Source of the DNA: a virus
DNA length: 64,000 bases
Virus record (IMG/VR): IMGVR_UViG_2084038018_000013
Span: 2,341 to 66,340 of that record
Reading direction: 5' to 3' (one strand)
The first letter of the stretch is position 1, and every line of letters starts with the position of its first letter. Below, piece by piece: positions 10,018-19,789 of this stretch. The position numbers were made by a program, and so were the translations under genes. The notes under the pieces were generated by a model, which worked only from the letters and a program-made list of their open reading frames with translations, was not told the origin of the DNA and made no database searches.

Positions 10018-10564
10018 CTGGTTTGGCCTCGTATATGAGCTGGTAGTCGTCCACGTGCGCGCGACCGATATCCGGCGCCTTACCGAGCCACGCCGATTTC
10101 AACGGGGCATTCAGCTGCGCAAACGGATCGGCACCAAAGGCGGCAGACTGAGTGAAGGAAATTCGCCATACCAGATAGTCATCCATGCGCGGATCGAACT
10201 CGTCGCGTGACGCATCGACAAAAACGGCGGGCTGCAGATGCGTCAGGCCAAACTGCTGACCGTCAATCCACTGCGTGATATCGGCTGCCGCCGTGCGCAG
10301 GAAAATTTCTGGCCTGCTGATGCCCGCACCAGCCGCATCCACGACCACGAACAAATCGCAGGAGAGCTCCACGTTGAGCTGGCCTTCGTTGCCTCCACCC
10401 TGCTCCCAGCCGTTGATAGAGAAATACACTGCCGGGGTAGTCAGCCCGGTAAAACGGGGCACGTTTTTTTCCGGATAGGCATCGGCGTCGCGCACCCACG
10501 TAATGTTTTTCAGCGCGCCGGTGACGGCATCATGATACTGGCCCAGCAGTAATGGCTCAGCCAT
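10010..10564 (-). CDS. Putative tail completion/terminator protein
   Basis: Position in the neck module; SD and overlap with neighbours. Confidence 0.55.
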   Translation of the reverse strand: MAEPLLLGQYHDAVTGALKNITWVRDADAYPEKNVPRFTGLTTPAVYFSINGWEQGGGNEGQLNVELSCDLFVVVDAAGAGISRPEIFLRTAAADITQWIDGQQFGLTHLQPAVFVDASRDEFDPRMDDYLVWRISFTQSAAFGADPFAQLNAPLKSAWLGKAPDIGRAHVDDYQLIYEAKPDE

Positions 10565-10572
10565 GGTTCACC

Positions 10573-11235
10573 TCAGACAGAAATACGGGCTTTCACGCGC
10601 CCGCGCAGATCGGTTTCAAAGTGATGCATGAAAATCTCCATCGCCTCCGCAAAGGCGTTATCTTCGATGTAGTTCAACATCGGCTCATAAATATCAACTT
10701 CCGCCTCGCGGGTGCGGCGCGTGTCAGGATCGCGAATAATCACCGTTCGCCTGTTCTCACGGCGGGAGCGTGCCACTTCCCCATTTTCAAATGTGCGCGG
10801 GGAAAGCATGCTGCCCTTTGGCGTAAACCCGGCATTGTCCGCCTGGCGCCGTGCCTTAATAAACCGTCCGGTGGATTTATCACGCCGGGAATGGCGAGGC
10901 CGCACCCGCCCGTTGATCCGACCTTTCAAATCTTTGACCTTGATGGCATTCAGGCCAAACCAGAGACGAAAGTTATCCAGCTTTGACTGAGAGGCGCGAT
11001 CGAGGCGAAAGGAAAGCAGGCGTCGACGTACAAGGTCCAGGCTGCGGGGGGCCAGCCCGTCCTTCAGGTCTGCCATCGCTTTTTTACGCAGGGTAGCGGC
11101 GGTACGTTTCAGCGCGCGAGAATACGCTGCCCGAAACTGCTTATGGGTGGCACCGATGTGCTCAGCTATCCGCCAGATGGCATCCACATCGATATCGACG
11201 GGCAAATCCCGCCGCAGTCTGGACTCACGCGCCAT
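10573..11235 (-). CDS. Minor tail Z-like neck protein
   Basis: AAYSRALKRTAATLR basic helix; start trimmed to MARESR. Confidence 0.6.
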   Translation of the reverse strand: MARESRLRRDLPVDIDVDAIWRIAEHIGATHKQFRAAYSRALKRTAATLRKKAMADLKDGLAPRSLDLVRRRLLSFRLDRASQSKLDNFRLWFGLNAIKVKDLKGRINGRVRPRHSRRDKSTGRFIKARRQADNAGFTPKGSMLSPRTFENGEVARSRRENRRTVIIRDPDTRRTREAEVDIYEPMLNYIEDNAFAEAMEIFMHHFETDLRGRVKARISV

Positions 11236-11236
11236 A

Positions 11237-11593
11237 TCAGCTCCACTTATTGATGTCCGGCTGCACCTTACCCGGTGCGCCATATGCCAGCGTGACGCGG
11301 GTGCGGCCTTCTTCATCAGCCCCGACGTGCGTCACACGATAAGCCGTGCCGTTGATTTCCACGCCGTGGCGCTTCTCAAGCCCCGCGATATCGGCGGTCA
11401 TCGCGCTGAAGGCCGGAGAACGATCCTGAATTTGCCCCCCGCCGGGCACGTCAACCGGGGCATCGGGCGTCTCGAAAATAACGGTAACAGGTCGCACCTC
11501 AGCGTCGATGGTCAGTACGGCGGGCAGCACCTCGGAAAAAGCCCGGGAGATCCGGGCATCCGCACGAGCCATCCGGGCACGAAAGCGGTTCAT
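11237..11593 (-). CDS. Head-tail joining protein
   Basis: MNRFRARMARADARI...GTAYRVTHV..DEEGRT; position after the capsid module. Confidence 0.7.
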   Translation of the reverse strand: MNRFRARMARADARISRAFSEVLPAVLTIDAEVRPVTVIFETPDAPVDVPGGGQIQDRSPAFSAMTADIAGLEKRHGVEINGTAYRVTHVGADEEGRTRVTLAYGAPGKVQPDINKWS

Positions 11594-11928
11594 CAGTAAC
11601 CCAGCCGGACCGGAACAGTATCGGCGTCCGCCGCAGCCGCAGCCCAGGCAGTACCCGCCAGAGGATTCGGAGTCGCCGACTCACCCGCTTCCACGGTCAG
11701 TTTGCCGTCTGCCAGATAGAGCTTCTGACCAACAGTGATCGCCTCCGCCGCTTTTGACAGAACGAACACGCCCGTGGTGTGCAGTACGCCCCACAGCCCT
11801 GCTGGGATGTCATCGTGAGCGACGCCCACCAGCACGCCCGAAAGCACGGCGTCCCCAGAATGAATATCAGTCGCACCAGTATTCTGAAAATCCAGAGTGT
11901 TGCCGTCCTGCTGATAATTTTTCGCCAT
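11593..11928 (-). CDS. Capsid cement protein (DUF2190-like)
   Basis: MAKNYQQDGNTL...GVAHDDIPAG...TGVFVL. Confidence 0.85.
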   Translation of the reverse strand: MAKNYQQDGNTLDFQNTGATDIHSGDAVLSGVLVGVAHDDIPAGLWGVLHTTGVFVLSKAAEAITVGQKLYLADGKLTVEAGESATPNPLAGTAWAAAAADADTVPVRLGY

Positions 11929-11944
11929 TTTTTTCTCCAGAAAT

Positions 11945-11994
11945 AAAAAGGAGCAGCACGCGCCGCTCCGTAAAAAAAACCGTCAGATGACGGT
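11945..11994 (-). terminator. Two tandem intrinsic terminators after the capsid gene
   Basis: ACCGTCA-TC-TGACGGT+T-run and GGAGC...GCTCC+T5. Confidence 0.6.
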
Positions 11995-11996
11995 CA

Positions 11997-14099
11997 TTAT
12001 TTTTTGGTGACTTTAACCATGCCTCGCCAGTCAAGCGGCGCCACCCCGGCATCGATGCGCACCTTGAAGGCGGCACCGTCAACGGTAAAGCCCTGCTGCT
12101 GCTCCAGATACGGCGTATCAATACCGTCCAGATACGCCACCTCGATAGTGTCGCGCCCCTGCGCAGCGGTCAGGTAGAAATCGGTCGGGCTGCTGTCATC
12201 CAGACGCGCCTCAGAGGCCACGGTCACAAAGTTCTGGATCGGGTTCACGATACCGCTGTTGGCATCGGCGCCCGGCACGCTTGCAGATTTGATCAGCTGG
12301 TTAGCCCGGGACTCGATAGCAACTGGCGTCAGCATGTAGGCCGGGCGAATGTTCAGACGGCGATCGCCGGATTTTTGCAGCAGCATCGCCTTACGCGCTG
12401 TATCCAGACCTTCGATACTCAGGTCGGCGGAGACCAGGTTGCCGTGGTCAGCATGGAACAGCGGCTTACCGTCCGACATTTTCGGGTTGCTGGTCAGCAC
12501 TGCCCACACAAGATCGCCCACGGTGGCACGCGCAGCAAGCCCCATGGCCTGCGGGATACGGGTCAGCATGTCCAGGTCATCGTTGATGATGGTCTGGCGA
12601 TCAATGCTGAAAAGTTCGCCGTAGGTGGCAAGCGCAATTGGCTCACCGCGATCCTTGATGGTGACATATTTATATTCCGCCCCGGCGCGGACCTTGCGAA
12701 GCGATGCCAGTGATTCCAGACCGACGCGGTGCGCGGTTTTGAAATCAGTCAGCGTGCCCTTGCGGGTCCACTGTTCGAATGACTCTGTGGCCTCATCCCA
12801 GCCCATCAGCGCCGCCTTGTGCGCCACATCCATCAGGATATTGCCAAAGTCGCTGCTGCTGTGGGTGAACGCCAGGCCGACCATGGCCTGCGCCGTTCCA
12901 GCCCCGGAGATACCGATGCCGCGATCCACCAGCGAGGCGCGCGCCAGCTCGCGCAGGGTGTAGCCGTTGTAAGCGTTATCCTTCTCGGCCTGCGCATATC
13001 CCGCGCGGGTCATCACCGCTGCACGAATGGAGTCCCCGACCAGATTACCGTTACCGGCAAAAAGATGAATGGCCCCCGGACCGGCGCTCGGGGTGGTACC
13101 CGCCGCCAGCGCCTGCAGCAGCTTGTCACGGGCGTTCTCGGCGCTGCAGGAGAAGTCGGCGAGGCACTCCGCCTTCAGCGTGGCGAAGGTCGGGAACGCC
13201 TCAAAAACAGCGGATACCGTGCTCACGCGTTCGGCGTTTGAAGCCTGCATCTGCTGCTGCAGCTGCTGGGCCAGCGCGGCGACGTCAATATTTGTCATCT
13301 GTGGCGCGGGCTGCTGTGCCGCCGGGGGGGTAAGATTTGCCTGTACAGGCGCGGGCTGCTGTGGCTGATTTGCCGGAGCTTCGGCGCGCGGCGCAAAAAG
13401 AGATTTAATCTGTTCTGGCATGTTCTGGTAATCCTTCAGTTTGTTTTCATTCACACAGGCCGCGGCCTGCAGTTCAGGTTCAAGCGTGTCGGCGAAACCT
13501 TTTTCCACCGCCTCTGCACCGTTAAGCCAGGTCTCCGCTTTCAGCATCGCCTCCAGCTCCTCCTGCCCCAGTCCGGTTTTGTTCATGTAGGCGCTGAGCA
13601 TCAGGGCTTCGTTACGATCAAGCCAGGCGGCGTAGTCCCGCATGTCGTCAGAATCCCCGGCGATGCCGCCCCACGGTTTATGAACCATGATCCAGGCGTT
13701 CTCCGGCATATGTACAGTGGCGCCGGGCAGGCAGACAATCATCGAGGCCATGCTGGCCGCCACGCCGTCCACCCAGATATCCACCTTTGCTTTCAGCCGC
13801 GACAGGGTGTTGTAAATGGCAAAGCCCTGCATCACATCGCCGCCGGGGCTGTGGATATGCAAATCCACCGCGCTTGCGTCAAACACTCCAGCCTCCTTGC
13901 AGTCCGCGACGAACTGCTGGGCGGTGATGCCCCAGCCGCCGATCACGTCGTAAAGGAAAATTTCAACGCGCCCGGCTGTCATCGCGCGGATCTCATACCA
14001 GCACTGGCCGTTTGCCGCATCCACACCCGCCAGGCTTGCGCGGGGGTTAATCATCATCGTCCGGCTCGCGCCGCTTATCGTCTGGTTTTGCCGTTGCAT
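11997..14099 (-). CDS. ClpP-like prohead protease fused to major capsid protein
   Basis: IHSPGGDV, DGVAASMAS, WIMVHKPW protease motifs, followed by capsid-type C-terminus (SSSDFGNIL...FKVRIDAG); start MQRQ at 14099 with SD AGGAG. Confidence 0.9.
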   Translation of the reverse strand: MQRQNQTISGASRTMMINPRASLAGVDAANGQCWYEIRAMTAGRVEIFLYDVIGGWGITAQQFVADCKEAGVFDASAVDLHIHSPGGDVMQGFAIYNTLSRLKAKVDIWVDGVAASMASMIVCLPGATVHMPENAWIMVHKPWGGIAGDSDDMRDYAAWLDRNEALMLSAYMNKTGLGQEELEAMLKAETWLNGAEAVEKGFADTLEPELQAAACVNENKLKDYQNMPEQIKSLFAPRAEAPANQPQQPAPVQANLTPPAAQQPAPQMTNIDVAALAQQLQQQMQASNAERVSTVSAVFEAFPTFATLKAECLADFSCSAENARDKLLQALAAGTTPSAGPGAIHLFAGNGNLVGDSIRAAVMTRAGYAQAEKDNAYNGYTLRELARASLVDRGIGISGAGTAQAMVGLAFTHSSSDFGNILMDVAHKAALMGWDEATESFEQWTRKGTLTDFKTAHRVGLESLASLRKVRAGAEYKYVTIKDRGEPIALATYGELFSIDRQTIINDDLDMLTRIPQAMGLAARATVGDLVWAVLTSNPKMSDGKPLFHADHGNLVSADLSIEGLDTARKAMLLQKSGDRRLNIRPAYMLTPVAIESRANQLIKSASVPGADANSGIVNPIQNFVTVASEARLDDSSPTDFYLTAAQGRDTIEVAYLDGIDTPYLEQQQGFTVDGAAFKVRIDAGVAPLDWRGMVKVTKK

Positions 14100-15567
14100 C
14101 TGGCATCGCTCCTTTGTCATTGGCGGCGTCGGAATCAAACACCAGCCCGTGTTTACGGTTAAATTCGGTCTCACGCAGGCGCTGGCGCTTAACCTCCTGC
14201 GGGTTTTTCCCCCGGGCACGCGCCCATTCCGCTTCAGTACCCGCTCCTCCGCGCACGATGGCTTTCCAGGCGTTCGCCTCTTTCCCCGGATCAATCCAGG
14301 GCATCACCGGCCCGAGATAAAGTGCGTTGTAGAGAGAGTTCGGATCCACATCCGGCGGAACCTGTATACCGCTCAGCAGCGCCATCGCCAGCCATGCGCG
14401 GTAAACGGGGCGGCTGTGCTGGCCGACAAACCATTGCTGCAGAACGTTGTACCCTTCAAAGCTCTCCACCAGCTCCTGCCGTTGGGAGCTGTAGGTGCCG
14501 TTATAGTCCCGGGCAATGCTGGAATAGCTGCCACGCGTTCCGGCGGCCACGGCCCGCATCTGCCCGTTTCTGAACTCGTAGAGGTGGACGTTAGGCCGGT
14601 TAGATTCGACCATCCCCAAATCCTCGCCGGGTTTGAGATCGTCATAAATCATGCCCGGTGCGATATCGTAGTGACGCTGGCCGCCTGGGGGTGAAAACTC
14701 ATTTTCATCGCCAAGAGACTGCGCATCACCGCGCTTGATATAGAACCCCAGCGCGGCGGCAATACGGGCAGCCACGCGTTCGCTCTCTTCGTAATCCTTA
14801 ATATCCGAAAGCCGGGTAATGACTCCGTGGATCAGGCTGATACCGCGCAGCTGGTGCAGACGCTTACGTTGCGCCAGGTGAAGCATGTTGTCGGCAGAGA
14901 CGGTTTTGAGGTCGGCGCTGAAGCGCGTCATGTTTGCCGGATGATATTTGTAAACCCGGTATCCGGTGGGTCGCCCCCACTCGTTAACGATGATGCCCTG
15001 GCGCACCTGCTGGCCGGCGGTGCTGTTGAGGTTGAACGGCACAAAATCCGCCTCCAGCATTTCCAGCGAGAACGGTACCTGGGTGGCATGCTGCAGGCCC
15101 GGTACATTCCCCCTGACCAGCTGCGTGAACACTTCCCCGTCACGCAGCGCTGAACGCAGCAGCAGGCGCTCGGCTTCCGGGCGGGTGAACATGCCGGTCA
15201 CTTCAGGACGCACGGACCACTCCGCCCAGAGTGCCGAGAGCTGCCCGGCGAAATCGGAATGGAGGTTTCCCTCCAGATCGAGGGGCTGGGGCTCAACATG
15301 GATACCGTGGGCACCGATAACCCGGTCTTCCATTTTGTCGAACAGGCCGATCACCAGATCATGGTTTTCATCAAGCCAGCGGGCCTGCTCCCGCAGGGAC
15401 TGGCCTGCGGCAAATACCGAGGTGTCCGCTGACTGGCTCTGTTTTTTCGCTTTGTGCAGGCGCGACGCGCTTGCCGCTTCATAGGCATTGAGCCGGAGAC
15501 GATCCAGCGCACGTGCCGCCGCCCACCCCGGCGCCAGCGTACCCAGTGTTTTTTCAAAAATGCCCAT
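14047..15567 (-). CDS. Portal protein, lambda family
   Basis: YEAAS.SR, LRSALRDGEVF, YSSQRQELVE, PWIDPGKE. Confidence 0.92.
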   Translation of the reverse strand: MGIFEKTLGTLAPGWAAARALDRLRLNAYEAASASRLHKAKKQSQSADTSVFAAGQSLREQARWLDENHDLVIGLFDKMEDRVIGAHGIHVEPQPLDLEGNLHSDFAGQLSALWAEWSVRPEVTGMFTRPEAERLLLRSALRDGEVFTQLVRGNVPGLQHATQVPFSLEMLEADFVPFNLNSTAGQQVRQGIIVNEWGRPTGYRVYKYHPANMTRFSADLKTVSADNMLHLAQRKRLHQLRGISLIHGVITRLSDIKDYEESERVAARIAAALGFYIKRGDAQSLGDENEFSPPGGQRHYDIAPGMIYDDLKPGEDLGMVESNRPNVHLYEFRNGQMRAVAAGTRGSYSSIARDYNGTYSSQRQELVESFEGYNVLQQWFVGQHSRPVYRAWLAMALLSGIQVPPDVDPNSLYNALYLGPVMPWIDPGKEANAWKAIVRGGAGTEAEWARARGKNPQEVKRQRLRETEFNRKHGLVFDSDAANDKGAMPDATAKPDDKRREPDDDD

Positions 15568-15575
15568 AGAACGCC

Positions 15576-15791
15576 TTACAGAAAGTTAGCGAGTTTGTAC
15601 GATCCGCCGCGGCTGTTAACCGTCCGCCAGCGCCGCTCCCAGTATTCAAGCTCGTCGCGCAGCGCTTTAGGATCGTGGTTGGTAATGGCGCGGCCGTTTA
15701 CCCCGGTAAAGGAGATACTCTTGCCGTCCAGCGAATCCTGGTAGGCCTGACGAACCATCAACAACGTTCTCAGGATGTCGTCTTTCGTCAC
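15576..15791 (-). CDS. Head-to-tail joining W-like protein
   Basis: 71 aa between terminase and portal. Confidence 0.7.
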   Translation of the reverse strand: MTKDDILRTLLMVRQAYQDSLDGKSISFTGVNGRAITNHDPKALRDELEYWERRWRTVNSRGGSYKLANFL

Positions 15792-17905
15792 AGCCAGCCT
15801 CCTTTACCGGAAGCGCCCAGCCAGCTGCCGGAGAGTTCGGCGCCCTTTTCAGGTTTAGCCTGGACAGGCGACTGAACAGGTATTGTTTTTTTCACTGTTA
15901 TCTCCCGGGGGCGTTCCCCTTCATGAATATTTGGGTTGAGATCCTGTGGCTCAGCCCATACCGGGGGTTTTTCCCAGTCACGTATTTTTTCGTAGCCACG
16001 CAGGACCGCCACGGCGTGGGCATAGCAAAACAGGTCAAAAGCTTCGTTGGCCCCCTTGCCTGGCTTGCGCCATTTTCCGTCCGCGCCGCGCTCTTCGTAG
16101 GTCAGCTCCTCGTAGAACCATTCCCCGAGCCAGTCAGGAAAATGGATATAGCCAGCACCGGGGGTCTCACGGTCCAGATTGTTGCTGAGCTGATCTTTAA
16201 GCAGGTCGGTCTGCAGCAGGTACACCGGCACCTCTCCGCGCGCGTCGGCGCGACGGTCGCTGCGTTCGGTATTGTTCGGGTGGGTTTTGGTGATGATTTT
16301 CTGGCGTTTTGTGCTGTCGCCCTTGACCAGATAAACGCGTTTGCCCATGCCATCACGGCGACACTGGCGCCAGAATTTATAAGCGTTGTCGGTCACGCCC
16401 TCTTCACCACCGCTGTCGACGGCCATCGCCAGTATCGGCATGCGTCGCGCCGGGTCAGACTGCAGTGCATAGGTTTTTTCCAGCACATCGGAGACCAGCA
16501 GCTGCCAGTCCTCCGGATACGCCCCCGGGTGAACAGGCTCTGCCTCGCCATGCTCATTGCAGCGCAGGGACTGGCGGATGTTGTAACGGTCCACCAGCCA
16601 GCGCTCGCCGTTTTCGCCATAACCGATAATCTGCACGACGAAACGGCGCTTTTTTCCCCCCTGGACGTCGACGGCCGCCAGCAGGAAACGTACTTTTGGC
16701 GGGACCAGGCGTTTACCGTAGTCTTCTGCGCGCAACATTAGCGCATCGGCGCGTCGCTGTTCGCTGGCAGAGCGCGGCAGGTACGGCAGACCCCAGTCGG
16801 TATTGATTACCGCCTTCAGGGTCTCTTCGCTGCCGGTGGCCTCGTACTCCTGCTCTGCGGTCAGCAGCTTATACACCAGCTGCGCCCAGGTCTGGTACGC
16901 GGCTGCGGGTCCCTCCATCCAGAACGATGCTATGCGCGAACGGCGAGGCTCGCCGGAAATATTGCCGTCACGGTCAATACTCTGACCTTCACGCAACCAG
17001 ACTCCCACCCCGTTCAGCTCGCGCTTTTTGTCTGCCGTGATAATGCCGTTGCAATGCGGGCAAAGCAGATGGGCCGACTCGCTGGCTTTTACCGGATCCG
17101 GTTCATCACGGTAGCCGGTCATCGCCTCCATCGCGGGCTGAAAATATTCATCGCAGTGCGGGCACGGCCAGTACCAGCGACGGCGATCGCCACGGTTGTA
17201 CAGAGAAAGCGCACCAGTCGTTGGCGGGGCCTCATGGGGAGACTTGCGCCGCCATTTACTGTCGCGGATGTCCCGACCCGGTGAACACTCCACCAGGGTC
17301 ATACCGGCGGACATAAAGGTGGTGGTTCGCTTTGATGCCAGGGTAAAACCATCGCCCTCACCGTCAATATCCTCGGGGAAACGGTCATAGTCCGTCAGCG
17401 CCACGCATTTAAAATCTGACGAGGACATGATGTTGATTGAAGGCCAGCCAATCTTGAGATAGTTACCGGCCAGGAACGTCCGATCGTGCACGTTGTTGTC
17501 GTTCCGCAACGGGCTCAGGCGTTTAGCAACCTCCGGACTCACGCGGAAGGTTCGCGCCAGACGCTTTTTTGAGTGTTCCCGGGCTTTCTCTTCCGTCATC
17601 TGGACGACCAGCATATCCGACGGATCGCAGACGATGTTGTAGACGACCCAGCCATCAACCAGGCCAATCGTTTTACCCGTTCGCGCCGGACCCACAAACA
17701 CCACCGCATCGTATTCACGCATCGCCAGGCAGTTCATCGGCTCAATCACATAAGGGGCAACGGCAGGATCCCACGGTATCGAGTTACCGGCCCCCATCGG
17801 GACGCGCATAAATTTCTGTACTGCCTCAGCCACAGGCATACGGCGAGGAGCTTTGAGAATGGCGGAAGCGTTACGCCTGACTTCCGCTGCCGTGGCCTGT
17901 TGCAT
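15788..17905 (-). CDS. Terminase large subunit, lambda gpA family
   Basis: GPARTGKT Walker A, DYDRFP, RWYWPCPHC, AVDVQG. Confidence 0.95.
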   Translation of the reverse strand: MQQATAAEVRRNASAILKAPRRMPVAEAVQKFMRVPMGAGNSIPWDPAVAPYVIEPMNCLAMREYDAVVFVGPARTGKTIGLVDGWVVYNIVCDPSDMLVVQMTEEKAREHSKKRLARTFRVSPEVAKRLSPLRNDNNVHDRTFLAGNYLKIGWPSINIMSSSDFKCVALTDYDRFPEDIDGEGDGFTLASKRTTTFMSAGMTLVECSPGRDIRDSKWRRKSPHEAPPTTGALSLYNRGDRRRWYWPCPHCDEYFQPAMEAMTGYRDEPDPVKASESAHLLCPHCNGIITADKKRELNGVGVWLREGQSIDRDGNISGEPRRSRIASFWMEGPAAAYQTWAQLVYKLLTAEQEYEATGSEETLKAVINTDWGLPYLPRSASEQRRADALMLRAEDYGKRLVPPKVRFLLAAVDVQGGKKRRFVVQIIGYGENGERWLVDRYNIRQSLRCNEHGEAEPVHPGAYPEDWQLLVSDVLEKTYALQSDPARRMPILAMAVDSGGEEGVTDNAYKFWRQCRRDGMGKRVYLVKGDSTKRQKIITKTHPNNTERSDRRADARGEVPVYLLQTDLLKDQLSNNLDRETPGAGYIHFPDWLGEWFYEELTYEERGADGKWRKPGKGANEAFDLFCYAHAVAVLRGYEKIRDWEKPPVWAEPQDLNPNIHEGERPREITVKKTIPVQSPVQAKPEKGAELSGSWLGASGKGGWL

Positions 17906-17908
17906 GAA

Positions 17909-18424
17909 TTACTCCTCTTCTGGCATGTCCTCCTGTTCCGGTGAGTCGGCCTGCTCAACTTTGAGGGCGATCTGATCGCGCAGATCGTCAATAACCTGCT
18001 GCACCCTGACAACGGCAGCAGGGGTCATCGCGCAGTCGCGCTCAAGAATATCGGGTAGCGTTTCCAGCACCTGAACCATTGCTTTCGCCATGGAGGAAAA
18101 CTCTCTGGTGACTTCGGATGCCGGGATCAGCTCCCCGGTTTCCTGCTGAAACTTGAGGCGTTCACGCTCCGACTGAAACCAGGCCTTACGATCGGGGGGA
18201 AGCATTTTGTCGACGTCCACCAGCTCGGACGGAGTGGTGCTTGTCAGCAACTCCCGCAAAATATCGGTGATGGCATAAAGCTTGAGTTTCGGATTGCTGC
18301 CGGGTGCGGGTTGAACATTTGCAAGCTTGCCTGCGACCGTCTGACGGTGCAGATCGGTAATGGCTGCCAGCTGAGTGATATTCAGCCGGAAATTTTTCAG
18401 TTCGTTATCCATGATGGTGAACAA
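17909..18424 (-). CDS. Terminase small subunit (DUF1441-like)
   Basis: N-terminal HTH LNITQLAAITDLHRQTV; AWFQSERER. Confidence 0.85.
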   Translation of the reverse strand: MFTIMDNELKNFRLNITQLAAITDLHRQTVAGKLANVQPAPGSNPKLKLYAITDILRELLTSTTPSELVDVDKMLPPDRKAWFQSERERLKFQQETGELIPASEVTREFSSMAKAMVQVLETLPDILERDCAMTPAAVVRVQQVIDDLRDQIALKVEQADSPEQEDMPEEE

Positions 18425-18525
18425 AAAATAGTCATTTCGACATCCTGCAAATTCTCAGGGCAGAAATATCAATAGGTTAAACGGATGATGATGAAACCCA
18501 TAAAATGCAAAAAACTAGCCGTTTT

Positions 18526-18570
18526 CCGCGTGTCCTCGCCCCCTCGGTGTTTCAAATTGCCAGGAGTACC
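18526..18570 (-). other. Candidate cos packaging site
   Basis: Minus strand GGTACTCC-N-GAGGGGGCGAGGACA-CGCGG upstream of terS, resembling the lambda cosQ/cosN layout. Confidence 0.45.
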
Positions 18571-18753
18571 TTTAATAAAAACTAAATCTCATCAGTTACT
18601 CCTCGAAGGGTCAACTCCAAGATAATTCCTAAAACTTACCGCTTACGCTTGTCAAAATGGCGATGGCGTCCATCTTTAAGATTCTCTGAACTGGCTCCTA
18701 CCAATACCAGAGAGCAACTCCTTAGAGTAAGAAGCACAATTAAACATTTGCCT

Positions 18754-18778
18754 GCCCTCTTCGTGAGGGCCTTTTTTT
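18754..18778 (+). terminator. Plus-strand intrinsic terminator
   Basis: GCCCTC-TTCGT-GAGGGC-C-T7. Confidence 0.75.
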
Positions 18779-18780
18779 CT

Positions 18781-18810
18781 AAAAAAAAAGCCAGCTCGGA
18801 CAGAACTGGC
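18781..18810 (-). terminator. Minus-strand intrinsic terminator downstream of element E1
   Basis: GCCAG-N11-CTGGC followed by T9. Confidence 0.7.
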
Positions 18811-18880
18811 AGGATCTTGCAGTAAGTAGGTAGCACTTCACACTTAGCTCGATTTTTAAGTTATTCCTTTAGTCTTTCAT

Positions 18881-18988
18881 TCATTTGCCGGGTGCCTCCC
18901 GGTGAATTTGCCACAGTCTGCAAATCCGCAAACGTTACGTGCAACACTGACTGCTTGCCCCACCGCATAGGGGGATTCAGCCGAATGA
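18881..18988 (-). ncRNA. Structured element E1 (candidate ncRNA)
   Basis: Shares TGCCGGGTGCCTCCCGGTG, central CCGC and GCCCC(A/T)CCGC(A/T)TAGGGGGAT with E2 and E3. Confidence 0.55.
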
Positions 18989-18990
18989 TA

Positions 18991-19019
18991 AAGATATCGA
19001 TTCACTTGTGTATATTGAA
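18991..19019 (-). promoter_or_regulatory. sigma70-like promoter at the 5' end of E1
   Basis: TTCAAT-17-TATCTT. Confidence 0.4.
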
Positions 19020-19281
19020 ATTAGTACACATCTTCATTTTTGGTAGATGTATTAGAAAAACAAATAATTACATTCGAAACCATAACAGATGAAATTAGTA
19101 ATCACTTATAAATCACAGTATAAAGCATTTAAACTTATAACTGAGATTTCTCTTAGGCTTTGCTTTAAAGTCCGAGCCTCCTTGAAACGAAGACCGATTT
19201 GGTCTCCCTTCCGAAGTGTTGGATTTCAGTTCGGAAGGGAAATTTTTAAAGCACTTCACGGTCAGGGTAAACACCTAAGGT

Positions 19282-19785
19282 TCACTTTCTTAACATCTCC
19301 AGAAGGTCTTTTTCGAATGTACCTGTACTCTTGCATTCTACCGGCTTAACTTTATCATTCCCGTCCGCAGCTACGAGACCAGCTGTACCTGTAACTGTTA
19401 CTAAAACATTAGATCCCTCTCCTGCACTCCATACCTGAGTAACTACACGATAACGCTCCTGAATGTTTTGACTCTGCTTAACCTCTGAGCAATCAAGAAT
19501 AAGTGAAGCAAATTCAACATCCTCATCAATTGCTGCAATGATCCCAGTTGTTTGGTCATTTACAGCAGGAGTCATCCCCTTTTTCTGATAATAAAGTTGA
19601 ACCGCGCTGATCAGCTCATCAGGCTTGCGGTTGCCAATTTTGATTATGGAAGAAGAAGCAGACATTCCTGCCGCATCATCATTTTGCGATGTACTTTGTG
19701 TTTCAGGCCCTCCCTTAACAGGCCCATAAACGTTAATACAGCCTGTGAGAAAGAGCGGTAGTATGCAACTAACCATCTTCAACAT
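19282..19785 (-). CDS. Moron lipoprotein of unknown function
   Basis: Lipobox LTGC; AT-rich; lies between lysis genes and terS. Confidence 0.8.
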   Translation of the reverse strand: MLKMVSCILPLFLTGCINVYGPVKGGPETQSTSQNDDAAGMSASSSIIKIGNRKPDELISAVQLYYQKKGMTPAVNDQTTGIIAAIDEDVEFASLILDCSEVKQSQNIQERYRVVTQVWSAGEGSNVLVTVTGTAGLVAADGNDKVKPVECKSTGTFEKDLLEMLRK

Positions 19786-19789
19786 AGCA

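Noticed and set aside
11997-14294. Track start positions for several long ORFs (also 30249-31199, 37910-38341, 38798-39442, 42401-43765)
   Set aside because: Upstream extensions overlap neighbouring genes; starts were trimmed to SD-supported ATGs
18636-18836. 66-aa minus-strand ORF near the terminators
   Set aside because: Runs through two terminators; composition reflects T/A runs
19089-19349. 86-aa plus-strand ORF in the moron region
   Set aside because: No SD, crosses a strong hairpin and overlaps the lipoprotein gene
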